DNA from: an uncultured Staphylococcaceae bacterium
GTDB lineage: Bacteria > Bacillota_I > Bacilli_A > ML615J-28 > CAG-313
Direction: 5' to 3'
Length of the DNA stretch: 64,000 nucleotides
Assembly (NCBI GenBank): GCA_964409955.1
Contig: CAYPEY010000004.1
Coordinates: 1,569 to 65,568 of the forward strand
The first letter of the stretch is position 1. Each line of letters opens with the position of its first letter. A program made the position numbers and the translations under genes. Below are positions 27,310 to 38,313 of this stretch, piece by piece. Below the pieces are notes generated by a model, which was not told the origin of the DNA, did no database searches, and was given only the letters and a program-made list of their open reading frames with translations.

Positions 27310-28944
27310 TTAATTTGCTTGTTTTTCAGCGGCTTTTTGAGTAGCTCTTGCAGCAGCTCTTTCTTTAGCTTTCGCTTTTCTTTCTTCCGCTTTTTTTAAA
27401 GCTTCATCAGCTATTTGTTTTTCTGCAGTTTGAACAGCTTGTTTGATAACTTGACGCATAAACTTAGCTTCTTCTTTACCTTTATTAACTAATCTTACCC
27501 ATAAGTTATCTTTTAAGTTTTTAGGAGCTGTTAATTCACCTGGACGAGATTTTAAGTAATTAACAAATTTTTCAGGTGAAGTAATGAAACTTATACGATA
27601 ATCGCTATTTGTTGCTTGCATAACAAGATACATTTTCTTACCAATATAGAATTTATGTAAGTTACCTTTTGCATTAGAAACAACTTTAAATCCTTCATGA
27701 TCACTGAAAGAGTTAGCATATTCAACCATCTTAGCAAATGATGGAACGATTTTATCAACTTTTCTAACAACTTCAACAGGAGCAGATTCTTCTTCAACTG
27801 GTTGAGGAACTACTTCAACAACTTCTTTTTGTTTAGCAAGTTCAGCTTCATATGCATCTTGTGCAGCTTTTAATTCAGCTTTTCTTGAAGCTAATGCAGC
27901 TTTTTCACTATCTAATGCAGCAATTTCTGCTTTTGCTTTTGCGATAGCTTCAGCTGTTGCAGCTTTTTCAGCTTCAACTTTCTTAACTTCTTCTGAATCA
28001 GCAACTTCAGCAACTACAAGTGGAGCAACTTCAACTTCTTCCTCTTCTTCGATTTCGATAGTTTCAACTTGAACTGCAGGTTTTTCTTCAGTTTCAGCAA
28101 GTTCTTCAACTTCTTCTTCAACTTCAGCAACTTCTTCAACAGCTTTTGCTTCAATTGCTTCTTGATTTTCATCAAAGTATGCTTCGTAATCATCTAAAGT
28201 ATCATTGTAAGCACGATTATATTCTGTTTGTTTAATACGTTTATTAGCATCATCACTTTCAGAATAGAATACTAATACTTCATCTTTTCTTACAACTTTA
28301 GAAATGAATTTAATTGTTAAGCCAAAAGCAACAATTAATAAGATGTAAATAAAGAATAATAATGGATTACCTTGGAAATATTCTTCTAAGTGTTGATATC
28401 CGTTATTGTATGCTGCATTGATAAAATATTGTAATGATACAAAACCTACTAACATTAGTAAGCTAAATACATCAAAAATGACGTTACCTGCTGTATCTAA
28501 TTTAATTACTACATTGTGTAATCTAAATAAGCAGTATAATCCAAATACAAAGAATACAACGAATAAAGCAATTACAACACCGATAAGTTTATCTGATAAT
28601 ACACTTAACATAGCAACAGCTGTAAAATCAAATGATAATGTGTAAACCATATTTACGATTGTACCTAAAATGAATAAAAGTGTTGGCATATAAGTCATTA
28701 CTAATACTGTTTTTGAGTATTCACGATTATTTTTTACTAATTGATATTTTTTTACGCTTGGGTAAATTGAAAGTAATAATACAAAAGCAGCAACTGCTAA
28801 TTTGATAATTACTTCTAATTCTAAAACATTTTCAATTTTGTTTAATCCAGGGAAAGATCTAAAAGGGATTGCAGCAACTAATCCAGCTAAAAGACTAAAT
28901 AACCCTAAGACTGTCATTAAGAATTTTTGTTTCTTTGATAACAT
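27310..28944 (-). CDS. Paralogue of the downstream gene: polytopic membrane protein with acidic linker, coiled coil and MmcQ/YjbR-like domain
   Basis: The architecture is the same as the neighbouring gene. The domain is ...HKFYIGKKMYLVMQATNSDYRISFITSPEKFVNYLKSRPGELTAPKNLKDNLWVRLVNKGKEEAKFMRQVIKQA. The start is set at the ATG at 28942-28944, 8 nt after a GGAG. Confidence 0.6.
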   Translation of the reverse strand: MLSKKQKFLMTVLGLFSLLAGLVAAIPFRSFPGLNKIENVLELEVIIKLAVAAFVLLLSIYPSVKKYQLVKNNREYSKTVLVMTYMPTLLFILGTIVNMVYTLSFDFTAVAMLSVLSDKLIGVVIALFVVFFVFGLYCLFRLHNVVIKLDTAGNVIFDVFSLLMLVGFVSLQYFINAAYNNGYQHLEEYFQGNPLLFFIYILLIVAFGLTIKFISKVVRKDEVLVFYSESDDANKRIKQTEYNRAYNDTLDDYEAYFDENQEAIEAKAVEEVAEVEEEVEELAETEEKPAVQVETIEIEEEEEVEVAPLVVAEVADSEEVKKVEAEKAATAEAIAKAKAEIAALDSEKAALASRKAELKAAQDAYEAELAKQKEVVEVVPQPVEEESAPVEVVRKVDKIVPSFAKMVEYANSFSDHEGFKVVSNAKGNLHKFYIGKKMYLVMQATNSDYRISFITSPEKFVNYLKSRPGELTAPKNLKDNLWVRLVNKGKEEAKFMRQVIKQAVQTAEKQIADEALKKAEERKAKAKERAAARATQKAAEKQAN

Positions 28945-29008
28945 AAGTTCCACTCCTTTGTCTATTCAAAACGTTGTATATACATTTACACAACAATTTC
29001 CTATGATT

Positions 29009-29037
29009 ATTATACCACAACTCTTATTTTTTGTAAA
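29009..29037 (-). promoter_or_regulatory. Sigma-A type promoter of the paralogue pair
   Basis: On the minus strand the sequence reads TTTACA, a 17-nt spacer ending in TGg, then TATAAT. Confidence 0.65.
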
Positions 29038-29043
29038 ATGAAA

Positions 29044-30093
29044 CTACCTACTTTTTTTATATTTTTTATAAGTAATCCCTAAATTCGCCAAAATTTGTAA
29101 AATTTTAATCATCGGTACAGCAATAATCATTCCAATTATTCCCAATATTTCACCAAATATGGCTACCGATAACAAGACAATAATAGGATTAGTCTCTAAA
29201 TTTTTGCTTTGTATTTTAGGAACTAAAAAATAACTTTCTAAAAGTTGTAATGTAACTATACAAATCAAAACAAATAAAACCTTAGTAGGGATTGACGCCA
29301 GTGTAAATGCTATTACTATTCCACCTCCAATATATGGTCCAATGTAAGGAATTATATCTGTTATTCCTATAATTAATCCAAGTATTAAAGAAAAATCAAG
29401 TCCTAAATACCAAAAGCATACTGTACTAATGGCTGTTAGAATTAACATAACAATTAATACGCCTTTAAAATATTGTCTTACAATGATTTTGATTTTTGAT
29501 AGAGCTTCTTTTATTAAATTGCTTTCATCATTTTTAATTTTTTCTCTTATATAATTTTCAATATTTTTATAATAAAACATAAAATAAACTACTAAAACAG
29601 GAGTAATTAAAACTTGCAACATGTAGGAAAAATTTTCTTGTATTTTTACGCTAAACTTGGTCAAAAAAGTATTAATTTTTTCTTGTAAAAATACTTCAAT
29701 TTTAGAATAATCAATAATATAACTTCCATTTAATTTTCCATTAATGTTATCGATAATTTCCTTAATTTTATCAATATAAGATGGTAACGCTACGAATAAA
29801 AGCTTTATTTCTTTTATCATTAAAGGTATCAAATATTTGAATAGTACAAAAAATATTATCATAAAAAATATTACTATTATATAAATAGCAATTTTTCTTT
29901 TTATATGCTTTTTTTCTAAAAACTCTATGACAGGTTCTAGTAAAAAAGCAACTAAAAACGCTATAACAAATGGTAATAATATTTTATAGATTACTTTTAA
30001 AATGATTGATATTTTCGGAAACAATACAAACCCTATTAATATTATTACTAAAACTCCTATAACTTCTAAAATTTTAAATAATTTTTTAGGCAT
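29044..30093 (-). CDS. AI-2E family transporter (PerM/UPF0118)
   Basis: This multi-TM protein has the conserved C-terminal block ITDIIPYIGPYIGG...LLESYFLVPKI. The start is set at the ATG at 30091-30093. Confidence 0.85.
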   Translation of the reverse strand: MPKKLFKILEVIGVLVIILIGFVLFPKISIILKVIYKILLPFVIAFLVAFLLEPVIEFLEKKHIKRKIAIYIIVIFFMIIFFVLFKYLIPLMIKEIKLLFVALPSYIDKIKEIIDNINGKLNGSYIIDYSKIEVFLQEKINTFLTKFSVKIQENFSYMLQVLITPVLVVYFMFYYKNIENYIREKIKNDESNLIKEALSKIKIIVRQYFKGVLIVMLILTAISTVCFWYLGLDFSLILGLIIGITDIIPYIGPYIGGGIVIAFTLASIPTKVLFVLICIVTLQLLESYFLVPKIQSKNLETNPIIVLLSVAIFGEILGIIGMIIAVPMIKILQILANLGITYKKYKKSR

Positions 30094-30144
30094 AAGCTTC
30101 ACCTTTCCATATTATATTTTATGGCAAAATTTGAATTTAAAACC

Positions 30145-30185
30145 TAAAAAATTAAAAGTGTTAAACTTTTTTGTTTAACACTTTT
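30145..30185 (-). terminator. Intrinsic terminator after gap
   Basis: A 12-bp stem aaagtgttaaac/gtttaacacttt has a T6 loop, followed on the minus strand by taaTTTTTT. Confidence 0.7.
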
Positions 30186-30196
30186 GTCTTATTTAA

Positions 30197-31234
30197 TTAG
30201 TTGCAATGTTCCATTAAGTATTTAGCTGTACGAACCATTTGAGTTGTGTATGAATTTTCATTATCATACCAAGCAACTACTTGAACTTGATATAAACCAT
30301 TTCCAAGAGCAATTACCATTGTTTGAGTAGCATCAAAGATTGATCCATATCTACTTCCGATGATATCAGAAGAAACTAATTGTTCTTCAGTATATCCATA
30401 AGATTCATTAGCTACAGATTTCATATAAGCATTGATTGAAGCTGGAGTAACTTCTTCTTCAGATTTAACTACAGCAACTAAGATTGTTGAAGATCCTGTA
30501 GGAACTGGAACACGTTGTGCAGAACCGATTAATTTACCATTTAATTCAGGGATAACTAATCCGATAGCTTTAGCAGCACCAGTTGAGTTAGGAACGATAC
30601 TGCAAGCAGCAGCTCTAGCTCTTCTTAAATCACCTTTTCTATGTGGTCCATCTAATACCATTTGGTCACCAGTATAAGCATGAACAGTTGTCATGATACC
30701 ACTTTGGATAGGTGCATAGTTATGTAATGCATTTGCCATTGGAGCAAGACAGTTAGTTGTGCATGATGCAGCAGAAATAACTTGGTCTTCTTTTGTTAAT
30801 GTTTCATGGTTAACATTGTAAACGATAGTTTTTAAATCTTTTCCAGCTGGAGCAGAGATAATAACTTTTTTAGCACCTGCATTGATATGTGCCATTGATT
30901 TTTCTTTAGAGCAATAGAAACCAGTACATTCTAATACTACATCTACGTCTAATTCTTTCCAAGGACAGTTATTAGCATCTTTTTCAGCATAGATTCTAAC
31001 TTTTTGTCCATTTACAGAAATCCAGCCTTCACTAGCGCCTTCTTCTGAACATTGTACTGATTCAGCATATTGATATCTACCTTGAGCTGAATCATATTTT
31101 AATAAGTGTGCTAACATTTTTGGGCTAGTTAAGTCATTGATAGCTACTACTTCGTAACCTTCTGCACCAAACATTTGTCTGAATGCTAAACGACCAATAC
31201 GTCCAAATCCGTTAATTGCAATTTTTACAGCCAT
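30197..31234 (-). CDS. gap: Type I glyceraldehyde-3-phosphate dehydrogenase
   Basis: [13 protein letters not shown], the active site SCTTNCLAP and the C-terminal WYDNE are all present. Confidence 0.95.
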   Translation of the reverse strand: MAVKIAINGFGRIGRLAFRQMFGAEGYEVVAINDLTSPKMLAHLLKYDSAQGRYQYAESVQCSEEGASEGWISVNGQKVRIYAEKDANNCPWKELDVDVVLECTGFYCSKEKSMAHINAGAKKVIISAPAGKDLKTIVYNVNHETLTKEDQVISAASCTTNCLAPMANALHNYAPIQSGIMTTVHAYTGDQMVLDGPHRKGDLRRARAAACSIVPNSTGAAKAIGLVIPELNGKLIGSAQRVPVPTGSSTILVAVVKSEEEVTPASINAYMKSVANESYGYTEEQLVSSDIIGSRYGSIFDATQTMVIALGNGLYQVQVVAWYDNENSYTTQMVRTAKYLMEHCN

Positions 31235-31319
31235 TTTATATACCTCCTAATGACTTATTTTTACGCTTTATATTTTACCAAATTTTGCTTTGTTTTGCAA
31301 ATGTTTTACTTAATACAAG

Positions 31320-32084
31320 TTAATCTCTATTACGTGAGGCAAGAATCAATAATAATCTTAGCACTTCAACAAACAAATAAATGACATTTAAAACAATTGC
31401 ATATGCAGCATACCACTCATATACTTTTCCCATACCAGCTTCAATCATATTATGAGCATTAGCAATCGACATTAATACATATAAAGTTGCAAACACACAC
31501 ATAATAGCACAAATCAGTAAGAAAAGTCCATCCATAAAAAAGTATGATAACATATTAAAATTTGATGTAAATCTCATTACAAGTGACATCAAAAAGAATA
31601 TTAACATAAATAACACAAAGCCACATGATGCAACAAGTACAAAATTTCTAAATTTATACCCTACTTTCACAATTTTTAAACTATAAAGCAGTAAGCATGC
31701 AACGAAGATTGATAAAGTTAACATTAACGCAACAGCTGAAATCTTTAATCCAAGATTAGGAAGTGCAAGTTCTAATAAACCACAAAGACATCCAATTGTT
31801 AAACCTTCCATTATTGCGTAAGGGATTGCAAGAACCCTTGCTGCTTTCATATTAAAAATCATTATAATTTGTAAAACAACAATACCTATTGTTGCGATAA
31901 CATAATATCCAAAAGGAACATAACCAGTTCTAAGGATTGTTCCTATTAGAAGTAATGCTGTAACTAATGTACAAGCAAGAAGTCCAAGTGTTTTAATTCC
32001 AACTCCTTCTCGACTTGCTACATCTCCAGTTTCGTAAACAGTTTCATTCATGCGATTCATCGCAAAATTTTTACCAAAAGTCAT
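31320..32084 (-). CDS. Bax inhibitor-1-like / YccA-related integral membrane protein
   Basis: It has seven hydrophobic helices and a charged C-terminal LRLLLILASRNRD tail, typical of BI-1-like families. The assignment rests on pattern only. Confidence 0.5.
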   Translation of the reverse strand: MTFGKNFAMNRMNETVYETGDVASREGVGIKTLGLLACTLVTALLLIGTILRTGYVPFGYYVIATIGIVVLQIIMIFNMKAARVLAIPYAIMEGLTIGCLCGLLELALPNLGLKISAVALMLTLSIFVACLLLYSLKIVKVGYKFRNFVLVASCGFVLFMLIFFLMSLVMRFTSNFNMLSYFFMDGLFLLICAIMCVFATLYVLMSIANAHNMIEAGMGKVYEWYAAYAIVLNVIYLFVEVLRLLLILASRNRD

Positions 32085-32092
32085 TTTTCCTC

Positions 32093-35000
32093 CTATAATA
32101 ACTTAGTATCATCATCAGGTAAACCTTCAAATGCTTCAAGTTTTATTAAATTAGCATATTGTTTTTTGTTGATACTAGTTCTAAGTTCAAAATCTTTCTT
32201 TGAACTAAATGGTCTTTTCTTTCTCGCTTCTACAATCGATAATGCCACAGTTTCACCTAATGAGTCTACAGCAACAAATGGTAAGTATAAAGATTTCTTA
32301 TCTTCAGATACCACAAGATCGGTAGCCTCAGAAATATTAACGTCAATTTGTTTAAAACTATAACCTCTAAGTACCATTTCTAAAGCTATCTTTAATTCAT
32401 CAAGTAATAATTCTTCTTTATTTGAAGCTTCACGAGCTTGAATTTTAGCTTCAATTTCCTTAATTCTATTTCTTATAGCATTTTTACCCATCGCAAATGC
32501 TTCTGGATCAAATTCCTTAGCACGTTTTGAGAAATATGCCATATAGTAATAGATTGGTCTATACACTTTAAACCATGCTATACGAAGCGCCATAATAACA
32601 TATGCGGTAGCATGAGCTTTTGGGAATAAATACTTGATTTTTTTGCATGTCCAAATATACCATGCAGGAATATTATGTTGAACAAGTAAATCTTCTTGTT
32701 CTACTGTTAATCCTTTTCCTTTACGAACAGCTTCCATTATCTTAAAAGCAGGAGCAGCTGGAACACCTTTATCAATTAAATAAATCATAATATCATCACG
32801 ACATCCAACGAGTTCATTAAATTCAATTTTAGGGAACTTTGGATTAGCACCTCTTAACAAGTCTGCAGCATTTCCAAGCCAAACATCAGTTCCATGCGAG
32901 AATCCTGATACTTTAATAATTTGACTAACAGAATTAGGTTTAATATCTTCAAGCATTCCTCGAACAAAATTAGTTCCAAATTCAGGTACACCAATTGTTC
33001 CACTTGATAATTTATCTTCATCATCGCCTTTTAATTGTAAAGCTTCTTTTGAACTAAATAACGAAATTACTTTTTCATCATAATACGGAATATCTTCAAC
33101 ATTACTAAAAGGGAATTCTTCAGGATATTTTTTAACGAAGTCCATTAAAGTTTTAACCACAGTTGGATCATCGTGACCAAGAATATCAAGTTTCAATAAA
33201 TTATCTTCAAATTTATGATAATCATAATGAGATGTACGCCATACTTGATTTGTAATATCAGTTTCTGTTACTGGAGGATATTGAACAGGAATTACATCTG
33301 TGTATTCTATATCATCTGGTACTACAACAATACCTCCTGGATGTTGTCCAGTTGTTCTTTTTGATTCTACAAGCATATCCGCAAGTCTTTCTAGTTCAGA
33401 TTGACGTTTATATACACCTATTTGTTGATAATAATCTCTTGCATAGGCATAAGCTGTTTTCTTTTGAACAGTAGATACAGTTCCTGCTCTAAATGCGTTA
33501 TCAAAACCGAATGTATCTTGACAGAATAAATGTGCTTTTGCTTGATAATCTCCTGAGAAATTTAAATCAATATCCGGAACTTTTTCCCCAGTAAATCCTA
33601 AGAAAGTTTCGAAAGCAATATCTGCACCCATTCTAGATAGTTCAGCACCACAATGAGGACACTTCATCGGTGGTAAGTCCATCCCTACACCAACTTTTTG
33701 AAGTGCTTCATCCATTTCACTAGGAATTTCTTGTGGATAAATTTCTTTTTCTTTTTCATTAAACTTAAATGCACTGAAATGACAATTTGGACAACAATAG
33801 TGTGGTTTTAACGGATTAACTTCAGTTATCCCCATCATAGTAGCTACAAATGAACTACCAACAGATCCACGACTACCTACAATATACCCAGCATCATTTG
33901 AGTTTTTAACAAGTAAATGAGAAATATAATATACTGAGAAATATCCATGGCCAATAATAGCTTCAAGTTCTACATCTAATCTTTCTCTTACGTATGAAGG
34001 TAGTGGATTACCATATGTTTTATATGCCGTCATATAAGAAATATCATAAACAGCTTCCTTCATTGAAGGTACTCCTGTCTTTTCTAACATGAAATCATCA
34101 CGTGGAACAAACAGTTTTTTAGGGAATAAATCAAACGTTTCAACCAACTTTTCAATTTTATTTGTATTTGTAACAACAATATCATAAGCTACATTATGAT
34201 CCAAGAAAGAAAACTCCTCTAGCATTTCTGTAGTATTACGATAATGCATATCAAGTGTACCTTCATATTTTGCAAGTTCATGAGGTCCACCACCATTTGG
34301 TCGTGCTACACTTAAATAAATTTTTCTGTATTCTGCATCATCTTCAATTAACTCATGAACATCTCCTGTCGCAACTACCATTTTACCCATTTCTTCAGCT
34401 GCTTGAATAATTGTTTTAATTAAACCTTGAATCATTTCAAGAGCCTCATCTTCTGTCCACAAATCAAACAAATGTAGATATGACTTTGGCGGTTGAACTT
34501 CAATGTAATCATAGAAAGCCATTGCATTTTTCAATTGATCATAAGTTTTTTCAAGTGCAAGTCTAAATATTTCTCCATTTGCACAACCTGAGCCAACCAA
34601 TATCCCTTCACGATGTTCTTCTATCAAACTTTTTAAAATTCTTGCATCCTTTTGAAAATATGTAGTGTGTGATTCTGAAATAATTTTATAAAAATTCTTA
34701 AGACCAACTTTATTCTTTACAAGAATATTGATATGTTTAGGAATCTTATATCTAAATAATTCATTCTTTTCTACTAATGTATTTATTTCATTATAATTAG
34801 AAATTCCTTCATCTTGTAAATCAGATAACATTCTTAAGAAAATATTCATCGTAGTTCTAGCATCATATACTGCACGGTGTTGTTCATTAGGTTCAACTTC
34901 TACTTTTAGATGGCGTCCTACGGCTCTTAAATTATTTTGTTTAAGACTAGCACCATATAGCCCACGGGCTAACATCATTGTGTCAATACAAGGATTGATT

Positions 35001-36619
35001 TCATGAGAAAGACCTAGTTTATCAAAAGATGCATTAATAAAATCATAGTCAAAATGAGCATTATGAGCAACTAATACACAACCTTGAATAAAATCTCTAA
35101 AACGAGGTAGCACCTCTTCAAGAGGAAGCTCATCTTGTAACATATCATTTGTAATATGAGTTAAATCACTAATTTTTTGTGACACTTTATGTTTAGGTTT
35201 AACTAAAGATGCAAATTCATCAATTACAAAACCATTTTTAACTTTAACTGCGCCTATTTCGATTATTTCATTAAAAGGAATATATAAACCTGTAGTTTCT
35301 ATATCAAATACAACATATGTTGCGTCTTTTAAATCGATATTATCATTTGTAAAGGCAATATCAAGTTCATCATTATTGATATAATAGCCTTCAACACCCG
35401 CAATAGGTTTAATATTATAATTTTTACATAACTTGAAAAATTCCGGAAGCACATGACAGTTTGCATGATCTGTTACCGCAATAGCTTTATGGCCATAACT
35501 TGCTGCTTGTTTAACATAATCATCTACGGACATAATACTGTCTAATACACTCATTTTAGTATGAGCATGAAGTTCAACACGTTTTTCAATTGCTTCATCA
35601 AAACGCACTCTAGAAATATCTGGTCCAAGTACAGATAATTCATCGCACATAATTACTACATCTCTTGCAAAATCATCCCATTGAACTTTGCCTTTAATTT
35701 GAAGTCTATTACCATTTTTAAAGTTTTCTTTATATGATTTAACTTCAGTATCTTTAATAAAGCGTTTTATCATTACTGAATCTTTATTATTAGTAATTGT
35801 TGCTGTTAAAAGCGTAAATTCTTTTCCTTGTCTAGATTTGATATTTTTAATTTCACTACTTACAAGAGTTCCAACAACTTGTACCTTATCTGTACCATTC
35901 ATTTGTTTAAACTCTGTAACTTCCATACTTGTAGTAGGAACATCACTTACACTAATGTAAACAGCATTAGCATTGTAAGAATATTTGAATGTATTTTGAA
36001 CATTAGTAGATTTATCTTCTTGTTTTTTCATTCTATATTCTTCCATTGCTTTAGTTTCATCCATTTGTTCTTGAACTTTTTGCTTCATTTCCATAAGTTC
36101 ACGGTGATTTTTAACACTATCCGAAACAACTACATCAAATTTAACAAATCCAATACCATAATTAATGAAGAATCTTTTAATGTTTACTAAATTTTCTTCT
36201 GCAACCTTTTTATCTTCTTTTGTCGCTACCATTAAAATTAGTTCATTATTCTCATAGCGTGTAAAATATTCATCCAAGATTACAACACTTTTACTAATAT
36301 TTTTGCAAATCTCCTTTGCATAAGCATAGTATTCTTTTAAGTCTTTTTCGTTTAAAATTATATTTGAAAGAATATCATTAGTATATTTAATTGTTAATTT
36401 TGCATTTTTTAATCCAAATTTATTATTTACACAATAATTTAATTTATCAATCATATCTTTAATTTCGTTGACTGTAATAAATTTATCATTAGTTATACAA
36501 AAACGAATCGAAGAATCAGCTTCATTGATTTTAACACCATCAAATTCACAATTTAAATAATTTGTTACATCAATTTCTGCAGCATAGCAAAGTTCTAAAA
36601 ATTTGTTTTCCATATCCAT
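32093..36619 (-). CDS. polC: DNA polymerase III, PolC-type alpha subunit
   Basis: At 1508 aa, it contains a PHP domain (VELHAHTKMS), an inserted 3'-5' exonuclease (VVFDIETTGL...HNAHFDYDF), a Zn finger CCPNCH...CPHCG and a polymerase core. Confidence 0.97.
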   Translation of the reverse strand: MDMENKFLELCYAAEIDVTNYLNCEFDGVKINEADSSIRFCITNDKFITVNEIKDMIDKLNYCVNNKFGLKNAKLTIKYTNDILSNIILNEKDLKEYYAYAKEICKNISKSVVILDEYFTRYENNELILMVATKEDKKVAEENLVNIKRFFINYGIGFVKFDVVVSDSVKNHRELMEMKQKVQEQMDETKAMEEYRMKKQEDKSTNVQNTFKYSYNANAVYISVSDVPTTSMEVTEFKQMNGTDKVQVVGTLVSSEIKNIKSRQGKEFTLLTATITNNKDSVMIKRFIKDTEVKSYKENFKNGNRLQIKGKVQWDDFARDVVIMCDELSVLGPDISRVRFDEAIEKRVELHAHTKMSVLDSIMSVDDYVKQAASYGHKAIAVTDHANCHVLPEFFKLCKNYNIKPIAGVEGYYINNDELDIAFTNDNIDLKDATYVVFDIETTGLYIPFNEIIEIGAVKVKNGFVIDEFASLVKPKHKVSQKISDLTHITNDMLQDELPLEEVLPRFRDFIQGCVLVAHNAHFDYDFINASFDKLGLSHEINPCIDTMMLARGLYGASLKQNNLRAVGRHLKVEVEPNEQHRAVYDARTTMNIFLRMLSDLQDEGISNYNEINTLVEKNELFRYKIPKHINILVKNKVGLKNFYKIISESHTTYFQKDARILKSLIEEHREGILVGSGCANGEIFRLALEKTYDQLKNAMAFYDYIEVQPPKSYLHLFDLWTEDEALEMIQGLIKTIIQAAEEMGKMVVATGDVHELIEDDAEYRKIYLSVARPNGGGPHELAKYEGTLDMHYRNTTEMLEEFSFLDHNVAYDIVVTNTNKIEKLVETFDLFPKKLFVPRDDFMLEKTGVPSMKEAVYDISYMTAYKTYGNPLPSYVRERLDVELEAIIGHGYFSVYYISHLLVKNSNDAGYIVGSRGSVGSSFVATMMGITEVNPLKPHYCCPNCHFSAFKFNEKEKEIYPQEIPSEMDEALQKVGVGMDLPPMKCPHCGAELSRMGADIAFETFLGFTGEKVPDIDLNFSGDYQAKAHLFCQDTFGFDNAFRAGTVSTVQKKTAYAYARDYYQQIGVYKRQSELERLADMLVESKRTTGQHPGGIVVVPDDIEYTDVIPVQYPPVTETDITNQVWRTSHYDYHKFEDNLLKLDILGHDDPTVVKTLMDFVKKYPEEFPFSNVEDIPYYDEKVISLFSSKEALQLKGDDEDKLSSGTIGVPEFGTNFVRGMLEDIKPNSVSQIIKVSGFSHGTDVWLGNAADLLRGANPKFPKIEFNELVGCRDDIMIYLIDKGVPAAPAFKIMEAVRKGKGLTVEQEDLLVQHNIPAWYIWTCKKIKYLFPKAHATAYVIMALRIAWFKVYRPIYYYMAYFSKRAKEFDPEAFAMGKNAIRNRIKEIEAKIQAREASNKEELLLDELKIALEMVLRGYSFKQIDVNISEATDLVVSEDKKSLYLPFVAVDSLGETVALSIVEARKKRPFSSKKDFELRTSINKKQYANLIKLEAFEGLPDDDTKLL

Positions 36620-36645
36620 AACGATACTCCTCCTTTTTACTATTT

Positions 36646-36674
36646 ATTATATCAATATTAGACAAAATAGTCAA
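36646..36674 (-). promoter_or_regulatory. Sigma-A type promoter of polC
   Basis: On the minus strand the sequence reads TTGACT, a 17-nt spacer, then TATAAT. The AAGGAGGA SD lies about 20 nt downstream. Confidence 0.65.
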
Positions 36675-36711
36675 ACAAAATATCAACAAAATATCAATAT
36701 ATTTTCCATAT

Positions 36712-36734
36712 AAAAACCATATCAAAAGATATGG
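36712..36734 (-). terminator. Intrinsic terminator after the murI-to-ABC-F gene string
   Basis: On the minus strand the sequence is CCATATC-tttt-GATATGG followed by TTTTTA. Confidence 0.6.
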
Positions 36735-36745
36735 CTTTTAAGCTT

Positions 36746-38290
36746 TTATAATGCAAAATCTTCTAAATTTATAACTCTTGAAGCAACTTTTTCATAGAAT
36801 TCTTTTTCATGACAAACAAGGAGTATTGTACCTTTATAATTATTAATTGCTTCTTGTAATGACTCTTTTGCAAGCACATCTAAATGATTTGTTGGTTCAT
36901 CAAGTACCAAACAATTATACTCACCAATCGTAAGTTTACAAAGTCTTACCTTTGCTGCCTCACCACCAGATAGAGTAATCATTTGTGAATTGATATGTTC
37001 ACTTGTTAAACCTGATGCCGCAAGTGCCGCATGTACTTCTCCTTGGTTTAAAGTTGGGAACATATCCCAAATTTCATCACGAGCAGTATTTCTTGATCCA
37101 GCTACTTCTTGTTCAAAATATCCAAAAGTTATAGTTGGACTCATTTCAACTTCACCTGAAAGTGGTTTTATAATTTTTAGTAAAGTTTTTATCAATGTTG
37201 ATTTTCCAACACCATTTATTCCTTTAATAACAACATGCTCACCTTTAACAATTTCAATGTCCATTGGTTTTGTAAGCGCTCTATCGTAGCCAAGTACAAG
37301 ATTTTCAGTTCTGAATAAGACTTTTCCTGAAGGGCGCCCTTCTTTAAAGATAAAATTAGGTTTTATTTGAATGCGTCCCTTATCAAGGCGTTCCATCTTA
37401 TCAAGCTTTTTTTGTCTACTATTAGCCATACCACGAGTTGCAACACGAGCTTTATTTCTAGCAATAAAGTCTTCCATTTGTTTAATTTCTCTTTGTTGTG
37501 CCTCATACGCTGAATCAGCTTGACGCTTTTTCATTTCATATGCTGATACAAATTGTTCATAATTACCTGTATATCTTGTTAATTCACCATTATCAATATG
37601 ATAAACAACATTGATAACCGAATTTAAGAAGGCAGTATCGTGTGATACTAAAATAAAGGCGTTTTCAAAATTATTTAAATAATTTTTTAACCAATTAACG
37701 TGGTTTTCATCCAAGTAATTAGTCGGTTCATCTAGTATTAAAATACCAGGATTTTGTAACAACAGCTTTGTAAGGAGTACCTTTGCACGTTCACCACCTG
37801 AAAGTTCTGATACATCTTTATCAAGACCTATCGCATGAAGGCCAAGACCAGATGAGATTTCTTCAATTTTGGCATCTATCATGTAGAAACCACCTTGTTC
37901 TAGCATTGATTGCATTTCACCAATATCATCAAGTAATTCTTGCATTCTATCATCATCTGCATCAGCCATTAATTCATAGTTTTTATAGATTTCTTGTTCC
38001 ATATCAAACATGTAACTAAAAGCTTCTTTTAAAAATTCTCTTATCGTTTTACCTTTTGTAAGCGTTGAAAACTGATCTAAGTACCCAACCTTTAAATGCT
38101 TTGCCCATTCAATTTTACCATCGCTTGGTAGTTCATTACCTAAAATAATATTAATAAATGTTGATTTACCTTCACCATTTGCACCAACAATACCTACATG
38201 TTCGCCTTTTAACAATCTAAAACTAGCATTTTTTAAAATTTGACGTCCCCCAAAACTATGAGAAACATTTACTACATTTAATAAACTCAT
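36746..38290 (-). CDS. ABC-F family ATPase (two NBDs, no TM domain)
   Basis: There are two Walker A motifs (GANGEGKST, GINGVGKST) and two signatures (LSGGERAK, LSGGEAAK). The inter-domain linker is about 75 aa. Confidence 0.85.
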   Translation of the reverse strand: MSLLNVVNVSHSFGGRQILKNASFRLLKGEHVGIVGANGEGKSTFINIILGNELPSDGKIEWAKHLKVGYLDQFSTLTKGKTIREFLKEAFSYMFDMEQEIYKNYELMADADDDRMQELLDDIGEMQSMLEQGGFYMIDAKIEEISSGLGLHAIGLDKDVSELSGGERAKVLLTKLLLQNPGILILDEPTNYLDENHVNWLKNYLNNFENAFILVSHDTAFLNSVINVVYHIDNGELTRYTGNYEQFVSAYEMKKRQADSAYEAQQREIKQMEDFIARNKARVATRGMANSRQKKLDKMERLDKGRIQIKPNFIFKEGRPSGKVLFRTENLVLGYDRALTKPMDIEIVKGEHVVIKGINGVGKSTLIKTLLKIIKPLSGEVEMSPTITFGYFEQEVAGSRNTARDEIWDMFPTLNQGEVHAALAASGLTSEHINSQMITLSGGEAAKVRLCKLTIGEYNCLVLDEPTNHLDVLAKESLQEAINNYKGTILLVCHEKEFYEKVASRVINLEDFAL

Positions 38291-38313
38291 ATATTCCTTC
38301 CTTTAAGGTATTC

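Noticed and set aside
36660-36705. Direct repeats caaaatatcaa / TTGATA-ttttg-TTGATA upstream of polC as DnaA boxes or iterons
   Set aside because: They do not match the TTATCCACA DnaA box. They are short AT-rich repeats overlapping an ordinary -35 region, and there is no other origin-like feature.
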